The position numbers and the translations under genes are program-made. From positions 1-64,000 of the forward strand of contig JBBRUX010000006.1 in the NCBI GenBank assembly GCA_038247415.1: a stretch of 64,000 bases of DNA, read 5' to 3'. Shown here piece after piece: positions 1 to 9,646 of the stretch. Under the pieces are notes generated by a model. That model saw only the letters and a program-made list of their open reading frames with translations, did no database searches and had not been told where the DNA came from. Position 1 is the first letter of the stretch; every line of letters starts with the position of its first letter. The stretch is from Chitinivibrionales bacterium (GTDB lineage Bacteria; Fibrobacterota; Chitinivibrionia; Chitinivibrionales; WJKA01).

Positions 1-252
1 CGCATAGTTGACTATGAGATGAACGGCGGGTTCGAGCACTGACCCCCGGTAATGCACTGAAAGATTTTAATGCAAAACTTTAAACAACAAAGACCACTTA
101 AAAATGATAAATAAAATTGTCAAAAAAAGTCTACCACCTCAACTTTCCACTCCGCTAAGGATTGCTTTTATTGGCAAGAAGTTTACGTTTTAATTTCAGA
201 TCTGCTACGCGATGAAGATATCCCTGAGTTTTAAATAAAACCCAGGTTTTTT

Positions 253-825
253 TTATTTACAAAATGATCCTTCAAGTTTTTTAAGCATTGCTTTTTCTTC
301 TTCCGAAATTTTGCCGATACCCAAAAACCCACCAGCAGCTTCTGCAACAGCATTTGCTTTTTGCATGATTTCTTCTTTAAGAGAAATCTTTTCGGTTGAT
401 GACAATTTTTGGCAAAGGCCTTCGATGAAATGCGACCACGCAGCAAGAAGTTTTGGTTCGGGCTTGTGGATAAGCCACTGTTCTAGCAGTGTATAATCGA
501 TACTCCCCTTAACAAAATCGGATCCTTCTGCACTCTTGAGTATAGCCTCTTTTTCTTTCGCATCAATCGATCCATCTGCCCAAGCAACTTCAATAAGCGG
601 AACGAGGGTAAGCGTTGCAATAATTTCCGGGTGGATTTCAAGTGCAACTAATTTGTCAAGAACTGCATCGTTGTGAATTCCCGATATTTGTTTAAGCACT
701 TCGCGAGTTTCCGCCATTTTTTTGAGGGCGCGCAACTGCTCGATAAGCTTTTGGTCTTCTTTGAGAAAAAATGCATCTTCAAGATCGTTTGAGCGCAATC
801 CACCGGGGGTAAAAATTTCGGGCAT
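253..825 (-). CDS. TerB-like helical domain protein
   Basis: 190 aa; 'LIEVAWADGSIDAKEKEAIL' and C-terminal 'ISEEEKAML' match the TerB-fold pattern; AAGGA RBS upstream. Confidence 0.6.
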   Translation of the reverse strand: MPEIFTPGGLRSNDLEDAFFLKEDQKLIEQLRALKKMAETREVLKQISGIHNDAVLDKLVALEIHPEIIATLTLVPLIEVAWADGSIDAKEKEAILKSAEGSDFVKGSIDYTLLEQWLIHKPEPKLLAAWSHFIEGLCQKLSSTEKISLKEEIMQKANAVAEAAGGFLGIGKISEEEKAMLKKLEGSFCK

Positions 826-1013
826 AATAAATCCTTTTTAAAGAATGAAATGAGCTAACTGGTTTAAAAGATGCTTTTGAAATAGATTATATGTCTACAA
901 TCTTATTCTTAGTATAAATAAGATACAATGCAGGAACAATGTATGCAATGGGAATCAGGAGGGATGATATACGATGTAGCGATGTCTTCTTTATGAGCAC
1001 CTTGTGTGCGGGC

Positions 1014-1436
1014 TTAATTGACCCGCGTCCAGGTTTTAGTCTCCGAAAAAATTCCCCACCAACCCTTAATTTTGAGCGTATTTGAATCGGATAGCCAGAT
1101 TGTGCAAGGATAGATTCTGCCTGCATCTGGATCGTAAATCGTGCCCCCGGCCCATTCGCCTTTTTTATAGTGAAGGTCTTTAAGAATAATGGATTGAAGC
1201 AAAGGAGTTTGGCGCAGTGAAGCGTTGGGATTTTTGGAGTCGAAGAATTGGATTGCAGGTATGTCCGATTGTTTCCTCAGTTGGACGATTTTTCCATAAT
1301 AGCGTTCTTCTACTTCGTAGATTTGAATTAATGCGCCTTTGTCAATAGTGTGCCACACGCCCAGAATGGCATTTTGAGCCAGTGCTGCTGCTACGGGATA
1401 TGTACACAGGAGTATCCAAAAAAATAATCGGAACAT
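1014..1436 (-). CDS. DUF2147 family secreted protein
   Basis: Signal peptide; 'ILGVWHT', 'YYGKIV', 'DSKNPNASLR', 'WAGGTIYDPDAGRIYPC', 'TWTRV' are DUF2147 hallmarks. Confidence 0.85.
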   Translation of the reverse strand: MFRLFFWILLCTYPVAAALAQNAILGVWHTIDKGALIQIYEVEERYYGKIVQLRKQSDIPAIQFFDSKNPNASLRQTPLLQSIILKDLHYKKGEWAGGTIYDPDAGRIYPCTIWLSDSNTLKIKGWWGIFSETKTWTRVN

Positions 1437-1558
1437 TATGATGCCTTATCAGGTCAAGGGTAGCGTTGGATCCGAACCTATCATTTCTGATAAGTAAAAT
1501 AAATGGTAGCCGATGGTTAAGCAGCAAAAGAGGTAAAAAAGATAGAATATCCTATTTC

Positions 1559-1618
1559 CTCATCAAAAACTAAAGAAATCTTCACAATTCCCTAACAATT
1601 GAAATTCATATTTATAGT
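1559..1618 (+). promoter_or_regulatory. Putative Pho-box array and -10 element upstream of the PHP-glycosyltransferase gene
   Basis: CTCATC(1559), CTAAAG(1570), TTCACA(1581), CTAACA(1592) at exact 11-bp spacing; same motif as upstream of the pst operon; TATAGT at 1613. Confidence 0.55.
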
Positions 1619-1682
1619 ATCAATTGTGCATTGCTCAAGAACTGGGTTTCGAAAATTTTTATTTCAACCAAGGAGCTCATCG

Positions 1683-4127
1683 ATGGCACAAGTAGATTTG
1701 CATGTACATTCATGTTTTTCGGATAGGCCCTCGGAGTGGTTTTTGCAGCGCATTGGAACACGTGAATCGTATGTAGATCCAGAAAACGTTTACCGGATGG
1801 CCAAGGCCAATGGGATGGATTTTGTTACCATAACCGATCACAATACAATTGACGGCGTATTAAGTTTGCAGAAGCGTCATCCGGATGATGTGTTTACCGG
1901 AGTTGAAGTAACTACCTATTTCCCCGAAGATGGAACAAAAATTCATGTTTTAGTCTGGGGCCTTGATAGAAGGCAGTTCACAGAAATAGAACGTATTCGG
2001 CCACGTATCTATGCATTGCGGCAATTTTTGCGGGAAGAGGATTTGGCGCATGCAGTAGCTCATGCAACATTCTCGATAAATGGTAAGTTATCATTTGAGC
2101 ATTTTGAAAAGCTTTTGTTGCTTTTTAATGGTTTTGAAGTAATAAATGGAAGTCGCGATAAAAGAGGAAACGATACTGTTTCTGGGGTTGTAGCATCTTT
2201 AACTCCAGAAAAAATTGAGGATTTATATGCCCGCTATTTTATTGAACCATGGGGTGAAAATTCTGCCTACAAAGGGAAAGTAGCTGGAAGCGATGACCAT
2301 AGTGGACTTTTTGTGGGTAAAACGTTTACTACCGCTGCTGCGCAGACTCCTTCTGAATTTATCGAAAAAATTAAGCTTTGTAAAACAATGGCCGGCGGCA
2401 GAAGTAACGATTATCGAGGACTTGCTTTTGCGATTTATAAAGTTGCCTACGATTTTTCAAAAACTAAAGCCCCCTTAACAAAAACACTTTTTGGCGCTAT
2501 AAATTCGCTTATTTTTGAAGAAAAACCAGTGGATATTCAAAAGCGAATTCTTCTTGAAGGTGTTAAGTATTCTAAAGCATCTAAAGATACTGCTCTTGGT
2601 GGATTGATTGCCGATTTAATTTCTAAACTGCAATCTAAAAAAATCTTGACCATCGAGGAAAAATTAGATATTATCAGTGAGACAATCGAGAAGGCTGCCG
2701 ATGATTTGCTTAAAAACTTCTTTCAAAAAATCACTTCCGAGTTGAAAGATTTTGATATTATGGCGCTTGTTAAGAATGCTTCGAGCTTTTTGCCAGGCGT
2801 TTTTCTTACGCTTCCGTTTTTCTCATCAATGAACTTATTGAACCAATCGCGCAGATTGATCGATACATTAGAAGAAAACTATATATATCGAGGGCGACCT
2901 CGTGCTAAAAAAATCCTATGGTTTACCGATACACTTCTCGACCTCAATGGTGTATGCGCAACATTACAGGAAATCGGCTTTATTACCGATGCCAGGGGAT
3001 TGGATTTAACTATAGTTACCTGTTTGCCACCCGCAGACAATCGACCTGAAAAACTCCCTCCACATATCATTAATTTGTCGGTGATTTACGAATACACTCC
3101 CGACTTTTTTCAATCGTGTACTCTCCGATTGCCGTCGGTTCTTACTTCCATGCGACTCATTCACGATGCAGCTCCCGATGAAATTTATATTTCGACACCC
3201 GGACCAGTTGGGCTTTTGGGTATTTTAGCTAGCAAATTGTTGCATATTCCTAATGTTGCTATCTACCATACCGATTTTTCTCGTCAACTGCATCAAATTT
3301 TGGGCGATGAAACGGTGTCAAAGCTAACCGAAGATTATGTCAATTGGTTTTATTCGATGGCAGATTCTGTGTCGGTGCCTACTAAGGAATATATGCGCTT
3401 ATTAGAACGACGGGGTATTGAGCTTTCTAAAATGCGACGGTTTAAGCGCGGTATTAATCCCGATGTGTTTGCTCCCCATGGCACAAGCGAATCATTAAAG
3501 AAATATGGCATAGAAAAGGGGATTACCCTTATCCATAGCGGTCGCGTAAGCAAAGAAAAAAATGTAGATTTTCTTGCAGATGTATATGAAGCTTTGGTAA
3601 AGAATAATCCCGATGTAAATCTTGTGTTTGCTGGCGACGGCCCGCATTTAGAAGCCATGCAACATCGTTTTAAAAAGTATTCTCGAGTCTTTTTTCTTGG
3701 CAGAGTACCACGGCTAAGCCTGGTTCCGCTCTATTCGGCTGCACATGTGCTTGTGTTTCCTAGTATCACCGATACCTTTGGCATGGTCGTTCTTGAGGCA
3801 GCTTCATGCGGTTTGCCTGCACTTGTATCCAATTTTGGTGGTCCACAGGAAATCGTTGTCAATGAAAAAACAGGTTTTATTGCCGAAGCAGATAATCTGG
3901 CAGACTGGGTTGAGAAGCTTGAACGAATGATTGCTCTTATCAAGGGATATCCCCATCTCTATGAGGATATGCGAAAGAATGCCAGACAACATGCGATTCA
4001 AGAATATTCTTGGGATGCTGTTCTCGAAGATATTTTTGGGCAATCGCATGAGATGTGGGAAGCTACAAAAGAATCTGGATCCGCGTCACCGAGAGTGGAT
4101 CTTTCCCTAGAAGAAATTGTGGGGTAG
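1683..4127 (+). CDS. PHP-domain phosphoesterase / GT4 glycosyltransferase fusion
   Basis: ATG at 1683 after AGGAG. PHP motifs DLHVHS, ITDHN, GVEVT, AHA, GSDDH. GT4 motifs WFTDT..NGV, YHTDF, GRVSKEKN, FPSITDTFGMVVLEA. Confidence 0.9.
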   Translation: MAQVDLHVHSCFSDRPSEWFLQRIGTRESYVDPENVYRMAKANGMDFVTITDHNTIDGVLSLQKRHPDDVFTGVEVTTYFPEDGTKIHVLVWGLDRRQFTEIERIRPRIYALRQFLREEDLAHAVAHATFSINGKLSFEHFEKLLLLFNGFEVINGSRDKRGNDTVSGVVASLTPEKIEDLYARYFIEPWGENSAYKGKVAGSDDHSGLFVGKTFTTAAAQTPSEFIEKIKLCKTMAGGRSNDYRGLAFAIYKVAYDFSKTKAPLTKTLFGAINSLIFEEKPVDIQKRILLEGVKYSKASKDTALGGLIADLISKLQSKKILTIEEKLDIISETIEKAADDLLKNFFQKITSELKDFDIMALVKNASSFLPGVFLTLPFFSSMNLLNQSRRLIDTLEENYIYRGRPRAKKILWFTDTLLDLNGVCATLQEIGFITDARGLDLTIVTCLPPADNRPEKLPPHIINLSVIYEYTPDFFQSCTLRLPSVLTSMRLIHDAAPDEIYISTPGPVGLLGILASKLLHIPNVAIYHTDFSRQLHQILGDETVSKLTEDYVNWFYSMADSVSVPTKEYMRLLERRGIELSKMRRFKRGINPDVFAPHGTSESLKKYGIEKGITLIHSGRVSKEKNVDFLADVYEALVKNNPDVNLVFAGDGPHLEAMQHRFKKYSRVFFLGRVPRLSLVPLYSAAHVLVFPSITDTFGMVVLEAASCGLPALVSNFGGPQEIVVNEKTGFIAEADNLADWVEKLERMIALIKGYPHLYEDMRKNARQHAIQEYSWDAVLEDIFGQSHEMWEATKESGSASPRVDLSLEEIVG

Positions 4128-4153
4128 TACCGGTATTTAGAAATTGAGAATAC

Positions 4154-5881
4154 ATGGCACAAGCGTCGCCCAAGCTATTTATTTCAGATGCATTAGCGCC
4201 GTTCTTTCTCCCTCGATGCTTTTTAGGTCAGCGAGTGCTAAACTGGTCAAAAGTTCCTTTTGCACTTTTAGAGGCAAACGGCATAATTTCGGAATCTGAT
4301 TGCGATAGCATTGTGAAACGGTTTGCAGTGTACGCTGCAAAAATAGCCCGCCTTGGATTTACTACGCTGTCGCTTGACGATTTAGTTCATATGGTAATTC
4401 CTCCCGGTATGCAGTCGGAGTGGCAGCATCGCAGATATCGATACAGCTTATTGTATTCCCGCATTATTGAGGCCGCTTCCCAGGCCGGGTTGGGCATTGT
4501 TGTCAATACTGATGCCGGCTTTTCGCAGCACCATATGCACGGTACTAAAGAAGAGTCGATTCGATTGCTTTATGATTCTTGTCAACAACTTTTTTCTATC
4601 TATCCTCGCGTGCAGGGTGTGGTATTACGTATTGGCGAATGCGATGGCGTGGATGTTACGTCTTCGAATCGGTCAACACTGCTGCTTCAAACCCCTGAGT
4701 TTGCTAATCATGTGCTCTTAAAGCTCCTTCCGCTTTTTGAGCGAAGTAAACGGATCCTTATTGTGCGAACGTGGACTGTTGGTGCTCATCCCATTGGGGA
4801 TTTGATCTGGAATCCAAAAACGTATGCAACGGTATTCAACGGATTGACTAGTAGAAATTTAATAGTTTCACACAAGTATGGTGATACCGATTTTTTTAGA
4901 TATTTGAAATTAAATCCCCTTATTTTTGAAGGAACACAGCAAAAAATAGTCGAATTTCAAACCCGTCGAGAATATGAAGGATTTGGCGAATTTCCTTCAT
5001 TTATTGGGTATGAGTATGAGAAGTATCGGGATCGGTTAATGGAAATGAAAAATTTCATTGGTATCCACGTATGGTGCCAGACGGGAGGCTGGTCTCATTT
5101 TAAAAAATTAAGTTTTGTTGGTTCTTTGTCACTATGGAATGAAGTAAATACAGCCGTTACTCTTTCGCTTTTTAAAGGCCCTAAAACTTCTCGTCAAGCA
5201 ATCCACGAATGGGCAGCTCAAACGTGGCCTCCGCTTGATCCAATTTTGCTTGAGAAAGTGCTGAGGCTCTCAGATATTGTCATGCGATATGGCTGGTATA
5301 TTCCAGAGTTTTCCCAAAAGTCACTCTATTTTAAAAGAACCCGATTACCGCCTCTTGTGTGGGTGTTTTGGGATACGATTCTTGTGAGTCCACTTATTCG
5401 CCTTTTAGTCAACTCATATGTCAAGGATTCACAACTGGCCATCGAACAGGGATATAAGGCATTGATGCTTGTTACACGAATGCAGCAGCTTGCCCAACGC
5501 ATGGGTATGCCGGACCATGCTTTTGTATTTGAATATCGTACGCTCGAGCTTATCGTTATGAATCGTGAATATATGCTTTCTAAAGATCCAGCCCTGGTTG
5601 CAGAAAAAATGCATCAGGCAATTATACTTTATCGTCAAGATTTCCACGATGGCTTTGTAATAGATTATAATGGAGCTAAGCGGGCAAAGTCGCATCGGTT
5701 CATTGCAATGGTTTTTGAATATGTATTTCGTGATTCTGCTGAATACCGGGTAATTCTGGATAAGGTTGTAATGCCCTTTATGCTCCTGCTTTTTTCTGGA
5801 ATAGTAAAGAAAATGAGTACGAAACGATTGCCGCGTATCGCCCGGGAGCGCGCAATGGGGATTGATTCTCTTTTAAAGTGA
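4154..5881 (+). CDS. Conserved hypothetical protein, possibly a glycoside-hydrolase-like TIM barrel
   Basis: 575 aa, 26 bp after the GT gene; conserved-looking blocks VVLRIGECDG, VRTWTVGAHPIGDLIWN, HKYGDTDFFRY, EFQTRREYEGFGEFPSF, WCQTGGW. Confidence 0.5.
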   Translation: MAQASPKLFISDALAPFFLPRCFLGQRVLNWSKVPFALLEANGIISESDCDSIVKRFAVYAAKIARLGFTTLSLDDLVHMVIPPGMQSEWQHRRYRYSLLYSRIIEAASQAGLGIVVNTDAGFSQHHMHGTKEESIRLLYDSCQQLFSIYPRVQGVVLRIGECDGVDVTSSNRSTLLLQTPEFANHVLLKLLPLFERSKRILIVRTWTVGAHPIGDLIWNPKTYATVFNGLTSRNLIVSHKYGDTDFFRYLKLNPLIFEGTQQKIVEFQTRREYEGFGEFPSFIGYEYEKYRDRLMEMKNFIGIHVWCQTGGWSHFKKLSFVGSLSLWNEVNTAVTLSLFKGPKTSRQAIHEWAAQTWPPLDPILLEKVLRLSDIVMRYGWYIPEFSQKSLYFKRTRLPPLVWVFWDTILVSPLIRLLVNSYVKDSQLAIEQGYKALMLVTRMQQLAQRMGMPDHAFVFEYRTLELIVMNREYMLSKDPALVAEKMHQAIILYRQDFHDGFVIDYNGAKRAKSHRFIAMVFEYVFRDSAEYRVILDKVVMPFMLLLFSGIVKKMSTKRLPRIARERAMGIDSLLK

Positions 5882-5895
5882 AGCTACTCGCAATC

Positions 5896-6579
5896 TTACC
5901 GTTTCTTCACACCAATCTTTGCACAATACTTTTCTATGGGACATGATTCGCAACGAGGCCTAACGGGCGCGCATAAATTTTGACCAAAAGATACAAGATA
6001 GGAATTGATGGTGATCCAGTATTTCTTTGGGAGAATCTCCCGCAGGGTCATTTCGGTCTCGAACGGACCTTTGGTTTGAATATATCCCAGTCGATTTAAA
6101 ATCCTATGCACATGCACATCAACACATAGTGCCGGTTTGTTAAACCCTAATGCAACTACGAGGTTTGCCACTTTGCGCCCCACCCCTGGCAGGGTTATAA
6201 GTTCTTCGACTGTTTGAGGAATGGTGCCGTTAAAATGCGTTGTTAAAAAATCGGGAAGCTGTTTGAGAAATTGAGCCTTGTTATGATAGAAACCCACAGG
6301 ATATATAAGGTTTTCTATTTCTTTTACAGAGAGTTTTTCTAGGTCTGAAAGCGTATTGACTTTTGAAAAAAGTTTGATCGATGCAGCAGCGGTGGTTTGA
6401 TCTTTGGTTCGCGTGCTTAAAATGGTGCTGAGTAAAATTTTAAACGGGTCGTTTGTTTGAATGCTAATGAGTTCCACGACGGGCATATGATGCAGCGAAT
6501 ATTCTTTTTTGAGAATAGTATATACGGCATCGATGAGGAATGTTGTGGGAACCGGTGCTGTAGTCGTGTGGGATGTCAT
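5896..6579 (-). CDS. nth: Endonuclease III
   Basis: HhH motif LPGVGRKVAN, VDVHVHRI, [4Fe-4S] motif CAPVRPRCESCPIEKYC. Confidence 0.92.
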   Translation of the reverse strand: MTSHTTTAPVPTTFLIDAVYTILKKEYSLHHMPVVELISIQTNDPFKILLSTILSTRTKDQTTAAASIKLFSKVNTLSDLEKLSVKEIENLIYPVGFYHNKAQFLKQLPDFLTTHFNGTIPQTVEELITLPGVGRKVANLVVALGFNKPALCVDVHVHRILNRLGYIQTKGPFETEMTLREILPKKYWITINSYLVSFGQNLCAPVRPRCESCPIEKYCAKIGVKKR

Positions 6580-7673
6580 TTGGAATTGATGGGCAAACGA
6601 TCGGTGACTGGTGCTTTATACGTACTCGTGATAGGTGTTACCGGCAAAACCTTTTTTGTGCCCCGTATAAAATCTATACAAAAGGTAATCCTATGCATCC
6701 AGAAGGAAAATGGCTCTGCATTAGTGGATGCTAAAGAAATATCTGTTGAGGTGATTCTTGTGCCATTGTTTGTAAAGTAAGCAAAGCGTGAGGCAGAATA
6801 ATAAATTCCACTTTCGAGTGCTTCGGGTCGAGAGGTAACCATTCCAATAGAAGAAATACCAAGCGTTAACGATGCTCCAATACCAAAGGCTCTAGTATCT
6901 GGTAAAGCTGCTTGAATGCCTGGAATATACGAAGAAAAAAGTGGGGCAAGCGTATCGGGTGAAGTAATTGACCTGTTAAGAGAAATGTACGCAGGACTAA
7001 GAGAAATTCCAATTGAAGCATACGATTTTGATGTTTGGGCGATAGAAAAAAATCTTTGGTCAAGTGCTTTTGCATAGGTTACTCCAACGCCTAAGGCAAA
7101 GAGTGCTGCACTGTTGGCAAAAGAAATGGATCTTTTAGAAGTGTCTGGATGCACCGAAGCATGAAAAACCTTATTCATAAATAAGAAACTACCATTAAGG
7201 GTTATGGTATGGAGTGAATCGGCAATGAGTGAAAAGCCTCCACGTAGTGGGAAATAAACGGTGTACATGCTTGGCTGTTCGTCGATGGATAATCGTAACG
7301 AGACAGAATCGGAATCGTTTGGTGATAATCCAAAAGAAGAGAGTTGGATACGGGCTGGAATGGTAAAATTTTGTAGGGAATCGGGTAGTCCTTTTTGCCA
7401 TACTGAGAAAAAATCACAGGTGCCAATCGACCAACCCAAACCAAAACTCACATGAGGTTCTTCGAAGCAATGAGAAAGAGTGTCGATTGGTTGTTTACGT
7501 AATGTTTTTTTTGAACCAGGCTTTAATCCGAGTGTGTCGCGCAGAGAATCGGGCACTTCTTTGAGGCTGTCAACGGCAGCGCCAATAGGCCTTTGGGCAC
7601 TAGAATCGAGTGGAACAGAATAGGCGCATGGTCCTAAGCACACAGCGATCAGAAAAAAGTGGATAAGGTGCAT
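6576..7673 (-). CDS. Hypothetical exported protein
   Basis: 365 aa with signal peptide and beta-strand-like alternation; tightly packed between its neighbours (4-bp overlap with nth). Confidence 0.5.
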   Translation of the reverse strand: MHLIHFFLIAVCLGPCAYSVPLDSSAQRPIGAAVDSLKEVPDSLRDTLGLKPGSKKTLRKQPIDTLSHCFEEPHVSFGLGWSIGTCDFFSVWQKGLPDSLQNFTIPARIQLSSFGLSPNDSDSVSLRLSIDEQPSMYTVYFPLRGGFSLIADSLHTITLNGSFLFMNKVFHASVHPDTSKRSISFANSAALFALGVGVTYAKALDQRFFSIAQTSKSYASIGISLSPAYISLNRSITSPDTLAPLFSSYIPGIQAALPDTRAFGIGASLTLGISSIGMVTSRPEALESGIYYSASRFAYFTNNGTRITSTDISLASTNAEPFSFWMHRITFCIDFIRGTKKVLPVTPITSTYKAPVTDRLPINSK

Positions 7674-7676
7674 GGT

Positions 7677-8924
7677 CTAGGTAACCTCAAGCAGGACAAT
7701 AGTGTAATCGTCTTCGTAAATATATTCTTCCAGTTGTTTTTCGAGCACTTCTAAAATCTTGTCGAAAGGATTTTTATTGCATTCGAGGAGAATCGATTTG
7801 AAATGTTCGTAACCTAACATTCCTTGAGAGCCATCCCGGCGCTCACTCATGATCTCATATATGCCGTCTGTAAAGAAATAGAGGCGGTCTCCTGAGTCTA
7901 AAGACATTTCGTTTTGTTCGAAGTGCGCAGCGTTTAAAATGCCAACAAACGTGCCAGTTGAGTTGAGAATGGTAACCTCGTTTGTTCGTGATATTTTAAT
8001 GGGTTTTGGGTGCCCCGCACGTGCAAATGTAATGAGGTTTCGCTCGGCATTTATAATACCCCAAAAGCACGTAAGATAATGTCCAGAATGAATGCTGCGA
8101 AGAAACTCTTCATTCATTACAGATAAGAGTTGCGATGGTTCATTGGTCGCATGTGCAAAGTTATAAAGAGAAATTTTAGCTATGGTTCCAACAAATGCAG
8201 AGGCAAGCCCGTGTCCCGATACATCGCCAATAAATACTCCCACGCTTCCGTCTGCAAAGGAAATAAAATCGTAGATATCGCCGCCAACAGCTTCTATGGG
8301 ATGATATTGTGCTGCGAGAGTTATCCCTTCAAAAACGGGGAGAACTGTAGGCATTATGCCAAGCTGGATTTGTCGGGCAAGCTCTAATTCTTCGTGTGTT
8401 TTGTTCTGCTCTTGAGAGAGTGTATCAGATATTTTTAGCAGGATTGCATTTTGATTTTCGAGTGTTAATTTGAGACGTTCAAGTGCAGAAATGTCTCTGA
8501 TTTGTTCTATAATATACGGTTGTGACCCGGCTTTGCAGACATAGGGGAAAAAAGAGATTGTTATAACGTGGCCGGGCGTTTTAGGGTTTTCCGATCGTTC
8601 GATACTGCAGCGGTGACTTGCAGAAAACGCGTCTTTCATGCGGCAATCGGGGCACGGGACATCCAGTCCCCGCAATATGGAATAGCAGCGTCCCTTAAGA
8701 ATAGTTTTAAAGCTAGAACCTACAAAAGCTGCATAGGCCTTATTTGCTCGCAGAATCGTGTAATCATCTTTTATAACTACCATTGGATCATTGACAGAAT
8801 CAAAAATATTTTGAAGATCTTGTTTGCTTTTGTATAGAATATGAAATGGCATGCGCCTATACAAAAGGTATGCACCCCCGATTAGTGCGCACCCGCAGAA
8901 AAGAATTAAAAGTGCTATATTCAT
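7677..8924 (-). CDS. Membrane-anchored PAS-domain PP2C/SpoIIE (RsbU-like) phosphatase
   Basis: N-terminal TM, PAS-like segment, 'ELELARQIQ', VGGDIYD, IGDVSGHG, RAGHP, FTDGIYE, EDDYTIV. Confidence 0.9.
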   Translation of the reverse strand: MNIALLILFCGCALIGGAYLLYRRMPFHILYKSKQDLQNIFDSVNDPMVVIKDDYTILRANKAYAAFVGSSFKTILKGRCYSILRGLDVPCPDCRMKDAFSASHRCSIERSENPKTPGHVITISFFPYVCKAGSQPYIIEQIRDISALERLKLTLENQNAILLKISDTLSQEQNKTHEELELARQIQLGIMPTVLPVFEGITLAAQYHPIEAVGGDIYDFISFADGSVGVFIGDVSGHGLASAFVGTIAKISLYNFAHATNEPSQLLSVMNEEFLRSIHSGHYLTCFWGIINAERNLITFARAGHPKPIKISRTNEVTILNSTGTFVGILNAAHFEQNEMSLDSGDRLYFFTDGIYEIMSERRDGSQGMLGYEHFKSILLECNKNPFDKILEVLEKQLEEYIYEDDYTIVLLEVT

Positions 8925-9646
8925 AGGTTTAATAATTGCGGGTTAAGAGCTTGGAGGGGTTTTGCGTAGGGTTCCGAGAGATACTGCGCAACAAGGTCTG
9001 ATGTGGTACACCAAGATTGGTTGTCCATTGATGCACACGATGCTGCAATGGCTATGCCAAGACCACGATTAAGAGGCAATACATGCGCATAGTAACGAGC
9101 GATCTCTGTGGGTACAGTGTCAAGGAGCGTACTTTTTTTTACACCGAGGGTATCAAGAAATATGGTGTCTTTTGGATGCAGCTGTGCATGCCACACACTG
9201 GATTCTTCGCGGATATCGGGGGTGTTTCTTATAAGCGCGCCATTGGGTAGGGTAGTAAATCGGGCCCAGAATACTTGGTTGTTGCGGCCATCAAAAGCAA
9301 CCATTATCGATGTGTTAGCCGAAAAAAAAGGAGCCGCTGCCAATGCGAGCGATTCGAGCGAAGATATTCGAAAAATTTTAACTTCTCTATTGAGGCAAAA
9401 TCCCTTTACAAAAGAAATTCCTATGCGAAGGCCTGTAAAGGATCCTGGCCCACATGCAATTGCAACGCTAGAAATATCGCTTGGCAGGCACGCATGCGAT
9501 GTCAGGAAAAATTGAATCGATTGGGCAATCTGTTCGGCGTGTGAATTTTTGCTATAGCGAGAAAGTGCAGCCATGGGTGTTGCGTTTGCTGCCAAGCCAA
9601 GCCCAAGCTCGATCGACGATGTGTCAATGCCAAGCGTTAAGCTCAT
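8921..9646 (-). CDS. tsaB: tRNA t6A biosynthesis protein TsaB
   Basis: LGIDTS, HAE, GPGSFTGLRIG, SSLE motifs. Confidence 0.92.
   Translation of the reverse strand: MSLTLGIDTSSIELGLGLAANATPMAALSRYSKNSHAEQIAQSIQFFLTSHACLPSDISSVAIACGPGSFTGLRIGISFVKGFCLNREVKIFRISSLESLALAAAPFFSANTSIMVAFDGRNNQVFWARFTTLPNGALIRNTPDIREESSVWHAQLHPKDTIFLDTLGVKKSTLLDTVPTEIARYYAHVLPLNRGLGIAIAASCASMDNQSWCTTSDLVAQYLSEPYAKPLQALNPQLLNL

Noticed and set aside
1..60. GGTTCGAG-containing GC patch that looks like a tRNA T-arm; possible 3' end of a CDS (RIVDYEMNGGFEH*)
   Set aside because: No cloverleaf can be built, and it is too short to call a gene
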